DNA of 64,000 nt, taken from the IMG/VR virus record IMGVR_UViG_3300037601_000035. One strand, given 5' to 3'. Below the pieces are notes generated by a model. That model did not search any database. It saw only the letters and a list, made by a program, of their open reading frames with translations, and was not told the origin of the DNA. Within the stretch, counting starts at the first letter, position 1. Every line of letters starts with the position of its first letter. Below are positions 1 through 9,265 of the stretch, piece after piece. The stretch comes from an uncultured virus (IMG/VR IMGVR_UViG_3300037601_000035) (lineage: Duplodnaviria > Heunggongvirae > Uroviricota > Caudoviricetes). The translations under genes were made by a program, and so were the position numbers.

Positions 1-936
1 GTTACTAGACAAAATGGAAACGCAGATGCATTTGATATTAATTTAAAATTAGATTTGAATGCTCAGGATGTAGTTGCTGTAAATACAGTAAATGAATATA
101 ATAACTATTCAATGCATTTATATGGAGAAGCATTAAATGTAATGAAAGAAACTCACGATAGGTTATTAGAAAATATAAATGGAATAAATGTTCTTCAAGA
201 TAAAGTAGATCAATTAGAAGATTTAATAATTAATTCAACTACTATTTCAGATTTAGAAGAAAAAATGGAAGAAATAGAAGAATCATTACTTGCTTCTAAA
301 AGTTTATTTGAAAATTCAGATGAAATTATTTCTTTAATAGAAAGAAACTATGATGAAGTTTTAAATATTTACAAAAACTTTACTAGTGTAGAAATGTCAT
401 ATAACTTAGATGTTATAAAAAATGATAGAGGAGCTACAATAGATAAAACAATTCCAGGATTAGTAAAAATTGGGATAGAAAATGAAGGATATAATTTACC
501 TAAAAATCCTATTGTAGACTGGGATTTGATGAAATATAAAAATGACGAGTCTGCTTTTTATCATTCTCATATATTAAATACAGGAGCAAACTATTTTAAA
601 TTAATGAATGATAAAACATTAAAAACAGATAGTAGAACTCTTTCAGATGGACAAAAGATGATTTTTTATATAGATGATTCTAATGTTAAATGGAGAGAAG
701 GTCAAAGTTTAAAGGTTTCTTTTCAACACGAATTTATATTATCTGAAGATTTACCAAAAGCAATCACTTTCTTAACAGATTCTATAAATAGAACACAATC
801 AGAAGATGGATCATATTCTATAGAAATGGGATCTTTAAGTGGATTAGATTTATCTGCTTCTGGAAATAAACCTATTTTAGAATTTATCTGTGTAGATTCA
901 GAAAACTTAGAATTTACATTAGATATTATAAGGTAA
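1..936 (+). CDS. 5'-truncated putative virion structural protein
   Basis: Frame 1 is open from base 1 (VTRQNGNADAFDINLKLDLN...) to TAA at 934-936; coiled-coil then beta-rich C-terminus; function inferred from context only. Confidence 0.5.
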   Translation, partial: VTRQNGNADAFDINLKLDLNAQDVVAVNTVNEYNNYSMHLYGEALNVMKETHDRLLENINGINVLQDKVDQLEDLIINSTTISDLEEKMEEIEESLLASKSLFENSDEIISLIERNYDEVLNIYKNFTSVEMSYNLDVIKNDRGATIDKTIPGLVKIGIENEGYNLPKNPIVDWDLMKYKNDESAFYHSHILNTGANYFKLMNDKTLKTDSRTLSDGQKMIFYIDDSNVKWREGQSLKVSFQHEFILSEDLPKAITFLTDSINRTQSEDGSYSIEMGSLSGLDLSASGNKPILEFICVDSENLEFTLDIIR

Positions 937-938
937 AA

Positions 939-1781
939 ATGAATAAAGAATTTAAAACATATAAAGAGTTCATAAATGAAAGTAAAGAGTTAGATCAATC
1001 TAGGTTTCCTTTAGAAGATCCTGAAGAAGTAAAACAATGGATAGAAGAACATCTAGTAGGAAAAAAAGATTATTTGGGTAAATTGATATTATCAGGAGAT
1101 TGGAATATAGATGAACAGGGGTATTTTAGTACTACTGGAGTTTTAAATTTATCTTTTATGAACTTAACTAAGTTACCGTTTAAAATTAAATATGTAGGAG
1201 TTGATTTTTATTGTTGCGAGAACAAGTTAACTACTCTTGAGGGGTTAGAGAGTTTAAAGTTTATAGGAAGAAGGTTTGAGTGTCAGATGAACAATTTAAC
1301 TAATTTTAAGGGTCTAGAGAATTTAGAGTCTGTAGGAGGTAGTTTCTGGTGTTATGATAACAAGTTAATTAGTTTTAAAGGACTAGAAAATCTAAAGTTT
1401 GTAGGAGGAGATTTCTTGTGTTATACGAATATGTTAACTAGTCTTAATGGTCTAGAGAGTCTAGAGCAAGCAGGAAGAATTTTTTCTTGTTATGATAATA
1501 AGTTACTTTCTACAAAGGTTCCTTTTGAAATTAAAGGAAATTTTACCTTTGATAATGTTAACTTTCCTTATAAATATGAAGATTCAGTAGAATATTTAGT
1601 ATTATTAAGTGAAAAAGAACAGAAGAAGGTTCTAGAAGATTTAGTAGATTTTGATAGTAGAGCTTATAGAAAATTACTTACTTATGCAAAAGAAAATAAT
1701 ATAAAACTATCTATAGATCAAGAAGAGAGTATCTGGCATCAACATGCTAATGATTTAGAAGATACAGGATTGGAATTTTAA
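939..1781 (+). CDS. LRR protein family A (capsid-targeting-like leader, 4 x 23-aa LRR, C-terminal DTGLEF)
   Basis: MNKEFKTYKEFINES leader; repeats of NxLTxLxGLExLxxVGxxFxCxx; paralogs at 36228, 55469, 61406. Confidence 0.9.
   Translation: MNKEFKTYKEFINESKELDQSRFPLEDPEEVKQWIEEHLVGKKDYLGKLILSGDWNIDEQGYFSTTGVLNLSFMNLTKLPFKIKYVGVDFYCCENKLTTLEGLESLKFIGRRFECQMNNLTNFKGLENLESVGGSFWCYDNKLISFKGLENLKFVGGDFLCYTNMLTSLNGLESLEQAGRIFSCYDNKLLSTKVPFEIKGNFTFDNVNFPYKYEDSVEYLVLLSEKEQKKVLEDLVDFDSRAYRKLLTYAKENNIKLSIDQEESIWHQHANDLEDTGLEF
1221..1496 (+). repeat. Four tandem 69-nt LRR-coding units
   Basis: Period of 23 codons starting aacaagttaact. Confidence 0.85.
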
Positions 1782-1783
1782 AA

Positions 1784-1791
1784 AATATATA
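1784..1791 (+). promoter_or_regulatory. RATATATA putative late promoter (one of about 15 copies)
   Basis: AATATATA 30 nt upstream of ATG 1822; motif recurs upstream of structural and leader-bearing genes. Confidence 0.6.
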
Positions 1792-1821
1792 GTTTATATT
1801 AAGAAAAATTAAAATAAAAGT

Positions 1822-2217
1822 ATGAAATTATTTGAAGCAACAATAGGAAACGAAAGATTATCTGGAGGTTCTTTAGCACACTCACAATTAAAATCAATAT
1901 CAGAATATTCTCAAAAAACTTCTGATTTATTTCAACCACAAGACGATTTACCGGATTGGGTCCAAGTAAAATTGGCAACGATAGAAAAGGACATGCACGA
2001 TCTATATCATGAATTAGATGCTCAAACTTTTGCACAACTTTCAAGTACTGATTTAGAACCCGTAGCAAGTTTTGATGATATGAAAGGAGGAGAACCTGCA
2101 GGTCTTTTATTTGATGATACTGAAGGAGAGCCAGAAAAACCTGAAGAAATTGCTCTTTTAGATGAGCCTAAACCTAAAAAGAAAGAAGAAACTGAAGACG
2201 AAGACGAAGTAGAATAA
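1822..2217 (+). CDS. Acidic hypothetical protein, probable head/virion component
   Basis: MKLFE leader, DLPDWVQVKL motif, acidic tail, RATATATA upstream. Confidence 0.6.
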   Translation: MKLFEATIGNERLSGGSLAHSQLKSISEYSQKTSDLFQPQDDLPDWVQVKLATIEKDMHDLYHELDAQTFAQLSSTDLEPVASFDDMKGGEPAGLLFDDTEGEPEKPEEIALLDEPKPKKKEETEDEDEVE

Positions 2218-2227
2218 ACTTTACTTT

Positions 2228-2944
2228 ATGAAATATTTATTTTTAACAATATTATTATTTTTAACTTTCACTAATTATTCTAGTGCTTCTCGATATGTTT
2301 TAAAAATAGACGAATGTTTACATGAAAAGGCATTTGAAATAGCAGAAGGAGAAGTAGGAGTAGTTGAAAAGACGGGAAGAAATGATGGTGAAGTTGAAAA
2401 ATATTTAAGAGTAGTAGGTTTAGGAAAAGGTTATCCGTATTGCGCAGCAGGAATTTCTTGGTGTTATTTAGAAGCTGCTAAATTTTATGGAAAAACTAAA
2501 AGTTTTATTCCTTTTCCAATGACTGCAGGTTCTCAAGTAGTTTATTCTCATGCTAAAAAATATGGAGTAAAAGGAAAAAATAAACCAGAAAAAGGAGATT
2601 TTTTTACATATCGTAAGAAGAATTCTTATACTGGGCATACAGGTATTGTAGATACTGTAAAAAAGGCAGGATGGATAGAATCGATAGAATTTAATACTTC
2701 TAGTGGAATAGGAGGTTCTCAAAGAGACGGCGGAGGAGTTTATAGAAGAAAAAGAAATTACTTACATCCTTTAGGTAGAATGATGTTTAGAGGGTTTGTT
2801 GGTTTTGATAAACAAAAATCTGATTTATGTAAAGATCCTGTTTTGATAACAGAAGCAACGATATATAAATCACACTCGATAAGTAAACGTGATCGTAAGG
2901 ATGAAACGTTTATAGATAAAATTTATAAATTTTTTATAAAATAA
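2228..2944 (+). CDS. CHAP-domain peptidoglycan hydrolase with N-terminal signal peptide
   Basis: PYCAAGISW (catalytic Cys), GHTGIV (His), IEFNT; hydrophobic MKYLFLTILLFLTF signal. Confidence 0.8.
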   Translation: MKYLFLTILLFLTFTNYSSASRYVLKIDECLHEKAFEIAEGEVGVVEKTGRNDGEVEKYLRVVGLGKGYPYCAAGISWCYLEAAKFYGKTKSFIPFPMTAGSQVVYSHAKKYGVKGKNKPEKGDFFTYRKKNSYTGHTGIVDTVKKAGWIESIEFNTSSGIGGSQRDGGGVYRRKRNYLHPLGRMMFRGFVGFDKQKSDLCKDPVLITEATIYKSHSISKRDRKDETFIDKIYKFFIK

Positions 2945-2945
2945 A

Positions 2946-3425
2946 ATGAAAAAAGAAAATAGAATAGTAGAAAGTTTTAGTGAATATTTTAAATTAAATG
3001 AATGGGGATATCCTGAAGATGCTGAAGGAGCTCAATATTGGAAAATCGAAGATGGAGAATATTTTTTAGAAGATGCTCCTGATTACGAAAAAGTTTTTCC
3101 TTTTGATAAAGATGAAGAAGGAAATTATCCTGAGGATAGAGAATCAGTTCTTGCAGAATTTTTTAATGAATGGGAAGAAGATATTTTTGAAGACGGAGCA
3201 ACTTTGATTGAATTTGAGGCAGAAGGACATTTAGAAGGATCTGATATGGATAAGATAGTAGTAGATGAAATAGAAGTTAAATTTCCAGAAGAATTTAAAA
3301 AATTCATTGAAAAACATCCAGAAAAAAAATCTAAAATGGATGAGATAATGCATCACATTAAAACGACTATAGAAGATGATATTGTATATAATGAATTTTA
3401 TTCTCACAAAATATTTAGGCATTAA
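2946..3425 (+). CDS. Acidic hypothetical protein with capsid-targeting-like leader
   Basis: MKKENRIVESFSEYFKLNE; GATATATA at 2860-2867. Confidence 0.65.
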   Translation: MKKENRIVESFSEYFKLNEWGYPEDAEGAQYWKIEDGEYFLEDAPDYEKVFPFDKDEEGNYPEDRESVLAEFFNEWEEDIFEDGATLIEFEAEGHLEGSDMDKIVVDEIEVKFPEEFKKFIEKHPEKKSKMDEIMHHIKTTIEDDIVYNEFYSHKIFRH

Positions 3426-3431
3426 TTAAAT

Positions 3432-4433
3432 ATGAATCAAAAATATAACAAAATGCAAATATGGACAATAATAGCATTTCTAATAGTGCCATTATTGTCT
3501 TCTTTTATTTCTACATACCATATTGTAGGTTTCTTTGATTTAGGAAACTATACGTGGATGGCAGTAGTATTGGCAATTGCCTTTGAATTAGGATCAATTG
3601 CTTCTGCATTGTCTATAACAATTTTAGATAAAATTTCTAAATTTGCTGTTTGGACAATGTTTTTTACGTTAATAGCATTTCAAATAATAGGAAATGTTTA
3701 TTATACTTTTGATTACATTACTTTAGCAGAAAAAAATTACCCAGAGTATTTAGAAAACGCAAAAGTATTTTTAACTTACTTTTATGAATTTGAAACTTTT
3801 GATGATTTAAAAATGTTTCTTTCTTTATTAATAGGGGTTCCTATTCCATTAATATCATTAGCATTCTTAAAGACTTTAGTTGATTATGTAAGCAATGTTA
3901 AAAAAGAAATTTCTGAGAAAGAAGATAGCAATTCAAATTTTGAGGAATTAATAGATGAAATAGACCTTCCCGAAGAATATTCTGGAGAAGATGAAGAAGA
4001 GGACGAAACTCCAGAAGAGGATTTTAGTGACATAGAAGAAGACGTCGAAGACGACACTGAAATTGAAGAAGACGAAGTAGAATTAATAGATCCTTTAGAA
4101 GATTTAAAACCTCAAGAAACAGAACCTTTAAGTGAAGCAGATTTTAAAACATTTTTAGATAAGATAGAAATTCCAGAACCTCCTAAAGAAGAATTAAAGA
4201 AAGCAGTAGAAAAGGTTAAAAAAGAAAAACCTAAGAAAGAAAAAAAAACTTTAAAGATAGTTAATAGTTCTGGGGCAGTAGAAGAAGTAAATTCTAAACC
4301 TCCTGTAAAATTAGGAGAAAATAAAATGTCTGTAGAAGAGTATCAAAGACAAAATAAGCAAATGAAAGAAATGTTGCAAAAACTTTATCCTTCTGCAAAA
4401 GGAAAGAAATTTGATGACTCTGAATTAAAGTAA
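3432..4433 (+). CDS. Membrane protein (about 4 TM helices) with acidic low-complexity C-terminus
   Basis: Hydrophobic segments in the first 150 aa; D/E-rich tail. Confidence 0.7.
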   Translation: MNQKYNKMQIWTIIAFLIVPLLSSFISTYHIVGFFDLGNYTWMAVVLAIAFELGSIASALSITILDKISKFAVWTMFFTLIAFQIIGNVYYTFDYITLAEKNYPEYLENAKVFLTYFYEFETFDDLKMFLSLLIGVPIPLISLAFLKTLVDYVSNVKKEISEKEDSNSNFEELIDEIDLPEEYSGEDEEEDETPEEDFSDIEEDVEDDTEIEEDEVELIDPLEDLKPQETEPLSEADFKTFLDKIEIPEPPKEELKKAVEKVKKEKPKKEKKTLKIVNSSGAVEEVNSKPPVKLGENKMSVEEYQRQNKQMKEMLQKLYPSAKGKKFDDSELK

Positions 4434-4464
4434 AAAATATATAAATAAAGAATTAAATAAGAAA

Positions 4465-4875
4465 ATGATACAAAAATATAAATTATATGAAAAAGTTATA
4501 ACTAACAATTCTGAAGAAATTCAAAGCATTGAAGAATTTTCAGATGGTTATAAAGATTTAGTTTTTGAATTAATTCCAATAGAAAATAGAATACGAGCAT
4601 ACGATACTTTAATAGGAAAATATAAATCTAAATCTACTGATTTAGAAGTAGAAGTTACTTTTTATGAAAATGATAATGGAAGTTGGACTATAGAAGCTAA
4701 TGGTTTTTCTGTAGATACTAATAATAGTTTAGATGTATCTTTTTCTTATGATGAATTTTCAGATATGATTTTTAATTTGAAAACATTGTTTTTAAATTTA
4801 GAAGAAAATTCATCTTTATCTGTATGGGTTTGTAAAAATGAATTTGAATTAAATATACCACAAGAAAATGAATAA
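4465..4875 (+). CDS. Hypothetical protein
   Basis: 136-aa ORF, MIQKYKLYE leader, AATATATA at 4436-4443. Confidence 0.65.
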   Translation: MIQKYKLYEKVITNNSEEIQSIEEFSDGYKDLVFELIPIENRIRAYDTLIGKYKSKSTDLEVEVTFYENDNGSWTIEANGFSVDTNNSLDVSFSYDEFSDMIFNLKTLFLNLEENSSLSVWVCKNEFELNIPQENE

Positions 4876-5371
4876 AGAAAGAATAGTAGAAAGTTATGAA
4901 AGCTTTCAACAAATAAATGAATCTTCATATTGGGATGAAAGGGGTAAATATCAAGAAGAATATAAAAAACTTTATGATGAACTCGTTCCTGATCAAGGAG
5001 CAGCAGAAACAGTAAAAGGGGAACTTTTAAGAGCAGTTAGTAGATTGTACTATGAAGCTTTTAATAATGGTAATGGAAATGCAGTAATTGAACATTGGAA
5101 CGAAGAAGATGAAGAGTATGGAGGTCATGCCGGATATGGAGCAGAATACGAAGTAAATTCTTTTTATCAAGAATTTTTAGATTTTATAGAAAGTCATATA
5201 CCGCAAGCAAAAAATATTTGTAGTGAAATTCACTATATAATCAAAGAATCGGGATGGAAACCTTGGGAAGATATTAGACATGAAGCATACGATGATTTAA
5301 CTAATATAGTAATGGAATTTATTTTAGATGAAAATAATAAAGAAACTTTAGAGAAAGAATATGTTAAATAA
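4868..5371 (+). CDS. Hypothetical protein with capsid-targeting-like leader
   Basis: MNKERIVESYESFQQINE; GELLRAVSRLYYE motif. Confidence 0.7.
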   Translation: MNKERIVESYESFQQINESSYWDERGKYQEEYKKLYDELVPDQGAAETVKGELLRAVSRLYYEAFNNGNGNAVIEHWNEEDEEYGGHAGYGAEYEVNSFYQEFLDFIESHIPQAKNICSEIHYIIKESGWKPWEDIRHEAYDDLTNIVMEFILDENNKETLEKEYVK

Positions 5372-5699
5372 AATTAAAGAAATATATGTAAGTGTTAAAG
5401 AGTGGATTTTAGATTCGCCTACAATGTTAAGATGGATAATTTTACTTGGAGCATTTTTTGCTTTAATGCTTTTTGCTGGATTTAAAATAGAAGAATTTAA
5501 AGTTACTTTATTGCTTTTATGGTATGCTGTAGTAACTACAATAATTGCATCTAGTATGACTTACTTGTATGGAAAAGTAAATTATCATAAAGCAAAGACA
5601 AATCCTACTTTTATAATTGCACAAGTTGCAATTTTTATAGGAACTTATTTGTTTTCAGGATTAGTTATATTAGGAACTTACATCGCACAGTTTAATTAA
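5361..5699 (+). CDS. Small 3-TM membrane protein, holin candidate
   Basis: Three hydrophobic helices in 112 aa; CHAP lysin nearby; holin call is inference. Confidence 0.45.
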   Translation: MLNKIKEIYVSVKEWILDSPTMLRWIILLGAFFALMLFAGFKIEEFKVTLLLLWYAVVTTIIASSMTYLYGKVNYHKAKTNPTFIIAQVAIFIGTYLFSGLVILGTYIAQFN

Positions 5700-5700
5700 A

Positions 5701-6015
5701 ATGAAACAAATTTACGAAACGTTTGAACAATACAGTGAAGAAGTTTTACCTGATTTTTTTACATCTAATTCTTTACTGTATGTTAAAGTTAAAACTTCTA
5801 AAGGGTATAATAATAAAAAAGTTTCTTGTTATAATACTTACTTTAAGGGGAATGAAATAGATACGAATTTATGTTATGCTACTTTAAAAGAGTTAAAGGA
5901 ATTTAGTTCAGAGAGAATATTGTCAATACAACAATATAAAAAATATGCTTATTCAGAAGAAGTTACTTTAAACATAGATCTTCCCGAGTATATTCCAGAT
6001 GTTAGTGAATTATAG
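5701..6015 (+). CDS. Hypothetical protein
   Basis: 104-aa ORF in operon, MKQIYETFEQYSEE leader-like start. Confidence 0.6.
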   Translation: MKQIYETFEQYSEEVLPDFFTSNSLLYVKVKTSKGYNNKKVSCYNTYFKGNEIDTNLCYATLKELKEFSSERILSIQQYKKYAYSEEVTLNIDLPEYIPDVSEL

Positions 6016-6024
6016 AGGTACTAA

Positions 6025-6312
6025 GTGTTAACTAGAAAAAATTCAAAATTTCCAAATGTTTATAAATTGGAAATTGAATTAAGTCACAAACAATATCATA
6101 TAGATTATTTTTCTTCATTAAATAAAGTTGATTTATATTTAGAAAAATATCTTGAAACTAATTTTCCTACAGAGGCATTAAGAATAGAAATGTCTAGAAT
6201 AGGATTAAATGAAAACACAATTTATGGAACATTAGTTGATTCAGGAAAAATAATAGATGATGAATCAGGAATTGAATTTCCAATAAAAATTTATAAACTA
6301 AAGATTAAATAA
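6025..6312 (+). CDS. Hypothetical protein
   Basis: GTG start with upstream GAGG; 95 aa. Confidence 0.55.
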   Translation: MLTRKNSKFPNVYKLEIELSHKQYHIDYFSSLNKVDLYLEKYLETNFPTEALRIEMSRIGLNENTIYGTLVDSGKIIDDESGIEFPIKIYKLKIK

Positions 6313-6314
6313 AA

Positions 6315-6641
6315 ATGAGATTGTATGAAGCTTTTGATGGTTATTGGGAAAGTCCGAGAATTAAATTAGAAGATTCTGAAAGTTTTCCAGATTTAATTGA
6401 AGGTCCCTATGAAATAATGTGGGTAAAACAAGGAACTAATGTCGCTGTTGATTACATTCCATATTGGAGAGGATATGAAATAGATGAACTTCACAGTTTT
6501 AGAACAATAGGAAACTTAAAAAGATATATTAGGGATTACATTTTAGAAGATGTTTGGTATAGAAAATTAAAAGATAAACCTGAAAAAGAATTACCTAATA
6601 ATGCTTCAATAGAAAATAAAATACATTATTTAGAAATATAA
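6315..6641 (+). CDS. Hypothetical protein
   Basis: 108-aa ORF, MRLYE start. Confidence 0.6.
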   Translation: MRLYEAFDGYWESPRIKLEDSESFPDLIEGPYEIMWVKQGTNVAVDYIPYWRGYEIDELHSFRTIGNLKRYIRDYILEDVWYRKLKDKPEKELPNNASIENKIHYLEI

Positions 6642-6664
6642 AATTATGAAAAATAGATAATAAA

Positions 6665-6692
6665 AAACTTTTAATTTCCAAGGTGATATATT
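6665..6692 (+). promoter_or_regulatory. AAACTWTW-N14-TATAAT-like promoter
   Basis: AAACTTTT 6665-6672, 14 nt, TATATT 6687-6692. Confidence 0.55.
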
Positions 6693-6709
6693 AAATAATA
6701 TGTCACCTT
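6680..6709. repeat. 13-bp inverted repeat (hairpin, operator or terminator)
   Basis: AAGGTGATATATT-aaat-AATATGTCACCTT, one G:U pair. Confidence 0.7.
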
Positions 6710-6720
6710 TGTTATTTTAT

Positions 6721-6837
6721 ATGAAATCATCACAATTTAACTCAGTATTAAATTTTTATTCTAGATCACTTACTGGGTCTTCTCGGTACACTCCAGAGGT
6801 GTTTGATATAAAAGATATATGTAACAACAACAATTAA
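6721..6837 (+). CDS. Possible 38-aa leader ORF
   Basis: ATG..TAA open frame downstream of the promoter motif; may instead be non-coding. Confidence 0.25.
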   Translation: MKSSQFNSVLNFYSRSLTGSSRYTPEVFDIKDICNNNN

Positions 6838-6863
6838 ATAAAAACACCACCAGAGGCACCAGA

Positions 6864-7490
6864 ATGACTTTTATAGGAATCGATTATAGTATAAATTCTA
6901 CGGCAGTATGTATTTATAAGGAAGGGCAAGAAGAAGAATTTTTTAATTTTCAAAGAGCTCACATACCTAAAAAGTATATGAAAGAGTTTGAAGAGTCTTC
7001 TATAGACTTTACCTTTTTAGATAAAATACCTACTAACTTATCTTATGTAGAAGTAGAGAATTTAAAAATAAAGGAGGCTAAAAAGGTGGCATCTTTAATA
7101 ATAACATTGTTATCTAAATATGGAATAGAAGATGATTTGTATTTAGGAATAGAAGGTTTCTCTTATGGATCTGCAGGGAAGAGAGCTTTAGATCTAGCAG
7201 GATTTCAGTATATTTTAAGATCAAGATTAGAAGAGTCTGGGTTTATAAAGAATTGGTTTGTGTTTACTCCTGGAGAGATTAAGAAATTTGCTATTAAAGG
7301 AAATGCTTCTAAAGAATTAATGATGCAAACATATTTAGAGGTTGAAGCAGATAATGAGTTAACTAGAGTGATGACTACAGGAGACATATCTTCTCGAAAT
7401 CCTAAATTCACCAAACCTATTGATGATTTAGTAGATTCATATTTTATTGCACATTACACAAAAAAGATTATAGATGAAAAACTTTTTTGA
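6864..7490 (+). CDS. RuvC-like Holliday junction resolvase
   Basis: IGIDYS (D), IEGFSYG (E), KKFAIKGNASKE, DDLVDSY (D..D) RNase H-fold motifs. Confidence 0.8.
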   Translation: MTFIGIDYSINSTAVCIYKEGQEEEFFNFQRAHIPKKYMKEFEESSIDFTFLDKIPTNLSYVEVENLKIKEAKKVASLIITLLSKYGIEDDLYLGIEGFSYGSAGKRALDLAGFQYILRSRLEESGFIKNWFVFTPGEIKKFAIKGNASKELMMQTYLEVEADNELTRVMTTGDISSRNPKFTKPIDDLVDSYFIAHYTKKIIDEKLF

Positions 7491-7506
7491 AAAGTTAAAG
7501 TATAAT
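7479..7506 (+). promoter_or_regulatory. AAACTWTW-N14-TATAAT promoter
   Basis: AAACTTTT 7479-7486, TATAAT 7501-7506, upstream of SSB. Confidence 0.7.
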
Positions 7507-7554
7507 CAACTATAATTTTTCAAACAATATTTTTAAATATAAAGAGGTGTTATA

Positions 7555-8544
7555 ATGGCTAATGCACAAGACCTATTAGACGTATCGGATTATAATTATA
7601 CAGAAAATAAATCTTCTACGACTAAGTACTATAAACCATCTCCTGATTCAGGAATTAATGGGGTTTATAAAGCAGTAGTAAGGTTTGTTCCTTATGTAAA
7701 AAGTAAAGAACATTCTTTAATTACTAAATATGAAACATATCTAAAAGATCCTGAAACAGGAACTGGAAAATATGTAGATTCGTATAGAACAATAAACGAA
7801 AAATGTCCTATTCAAGATGCTTTCTTTACTTGTTATCATAGTAAAGATGCTTCTATAGAGCAACACAAAGACGAATTCTCTCAAAGACAACAACATTATG
7901 CAAATGTTCAAATTCTTCAGGATCCTAATAAACCAGAAAATGTTGGTAAAATTATGACTTGGAAATTTGGGAAAAAGATTCATGATCAAATTGAAGCAGA
8001 GGAGAATCCTGGACCAGGAAAAAGAAAAAGAAAACCTTTTGATGTATTTGAAGGAAGACCTTTTTCAATTGAAATTTATAAAAAAGGAGATTGGCCAAAT
8101 TATGATAGATGTAAATTTATCAGTGCCGATGATTTAATTGATTGCCCTTCTTATTTAGGTCCTAATGGACAAGAATTAGATGTAAGTAGAGATAATCCTG
8201 AAGATGTAAAAGTATATGCAGAATACATCTTAGAAAATTCTCCAGATATTACTGTAAATGCATTTAAACCTTGGGACGACGAAACTAAAGATTATGTAAC
8301 TAGAGTTATTAATACTCTTTTAAATAATGAAGGAAGCTCTCAAATTAAAGCAAGTATGACAGTAAATGAAGCTACTGCTCCTACTGCTTCTCCGGTATCA
8401 GAACCTGAAACAACAACTCCTTTAGATGATGATATTGCAGATGATTTAGAATTGTCAAAAGCTGCTGATACTTCTTCATCAGAAACTATAGATGAAGATG
8501 ATATATTAGCAAATGTTGATGATATTGATTTAGACGACTTATAA
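7555..8544 (+). CDS. ssb: T4 gp32-like single-stranded DNA-binding protein
   Basis: AVVRFVP, KCPI, YANVQILQDPNKPENVGKI, KFGKKIHDQI, PFDVFEG, NYDRCKF; acidic C-terminal tail. Confidence 0.9.
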   Translation: MANAQDLLDVSDYNYTENKSSTTKYYKPSPDSGINGVYKAVVRFVPYVKSKEHSLITKYETYLKDPETGTGKYVDSYRTINEKCPIQDAFFTCYHSKDASIEQHKDEFSQRQQHYANVQILQDPNKPENVGKIMTWKFGKKIHDQIEAEENPGPGKRKRKPFDVFEGRPFSIEIYKKGDWPNYDRCKFISADDLIDCPSYLGPNGQELDVSRDNPEDVKVYAEYILENSPDITVNAFKPWDDETKDYVTRVINTLLNNEGSSQIKASMTVNEATAPTASPVSEPETTTPLDDDIADDLELSKAADTSSSETIDEDDILANVDDIDLDDL

Positions 8545-8576
8545 AAAATAGTCTTTTGTGCTCATGCGGACTCCTC

Positions 8577-8614
8577 GAAAGGGAATGTAACTTAGATTAT
8601 GTTCCCTTTCTTTT
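8577..8614. terminator. Hairpin terminator between convergent genes
   Basis: GAAAGGGAATGTAA...TTATGTTCCCTTTC followed by a T tract. Confidence 0.6.
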
Positions 8615-9145
8615 ATTAATCATGATTTTAATAATTTCCGCTTTTTCATAATCTTCTTCTTCGACATATTTAGCAAGCATATTTTCTAGATGTTCAATGG
8701 AATCGGCGATATTTTTTTCTTGTCTTTCTTTTTCATCTATTTGATATGTCTCCAATAAATCTTCGTAAATATGAATAGGAAGTCCAAGTTTTAAAAGAAT
8801 TGTAAATATATCAGTCGGTCTACAATCAATGTAAACAGTTTCGTTTGTATTCAAATTAAGTAATTCTAATGAACCTTCCCAAACATCACCATTACTGTAA
8901 GTAAGGATCCCACCAACTATTTCAATTCCAAACGCTGTTAAAGATTCAATGTATAAGTCATGAGTATCTAAAACGTTTGAAATAAAAGTTTCAGAATTCA
9001 TAGCAAGAAATAAATTAGTAGCTTCAATGTCACCAATTTCTATAAGAATAGTTCTTTCATTTTGATATTCTTGAAGTTCTAAATATAATATTCCTGCAAT
9101 AGATTCTATAAGATTAGGTACAACTATTTTAGTATCTCTATTCAC
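8597..9145 (-). CDS. Bifunctional nuclease (DUF151)-like domain with C-terminal UVR motif
   Basis: LIEIGDIEA, THDL, IDCRPTD; LENMLAKYVEEEDYEKAEIIK UVR-type coiled coil; GATATATA upstream on the minus strand (9177-9184). Confidence 0.75.
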   Translation of the reverse strand: MNRDTKIVVPNLIESIAGILYLELQEYQNERTILIEIGDIEATNLFLAMNSETFISNVLDTHDLYIESLTAFGIEIVGGILTYSNGDVWEGSLELLNLNTNETVYIDCRPTDIFTILLKLGLPIHIYEDLLETYQIDEKERQEKNIADSIEHLENMLAKYVEEEDYEKAEIIKIMINKRKGT

Positions 9146-9190
9146 TTTTATTTCTCTTTAGTTTTTGTTTATAAAGTATATATCGGTCAA

Positions 9191-9218
9191 AAACTTTTTA
9201 GTTAGCAGATGATATAGT
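9191..9218 (+). promoter_or_regulatory. AAACTWTW-N14-TATAAT-like promoter
   Basis: AAACTTTT 9191-9198, TATAGT 9213-9218. Confidence 0.6.
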
Positions 9219-9265
9219 TATTAAATAAAGAAACAAATTTTACAAATTTAATTGGTACACACACT

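Noticed and set aside
8550..8600. Ribozyme or ncRNA in the GC-richer patch after SSB
   Set aside because: No hammerhead CUGAnGA core; most of it is explained by the terminator hairpin.
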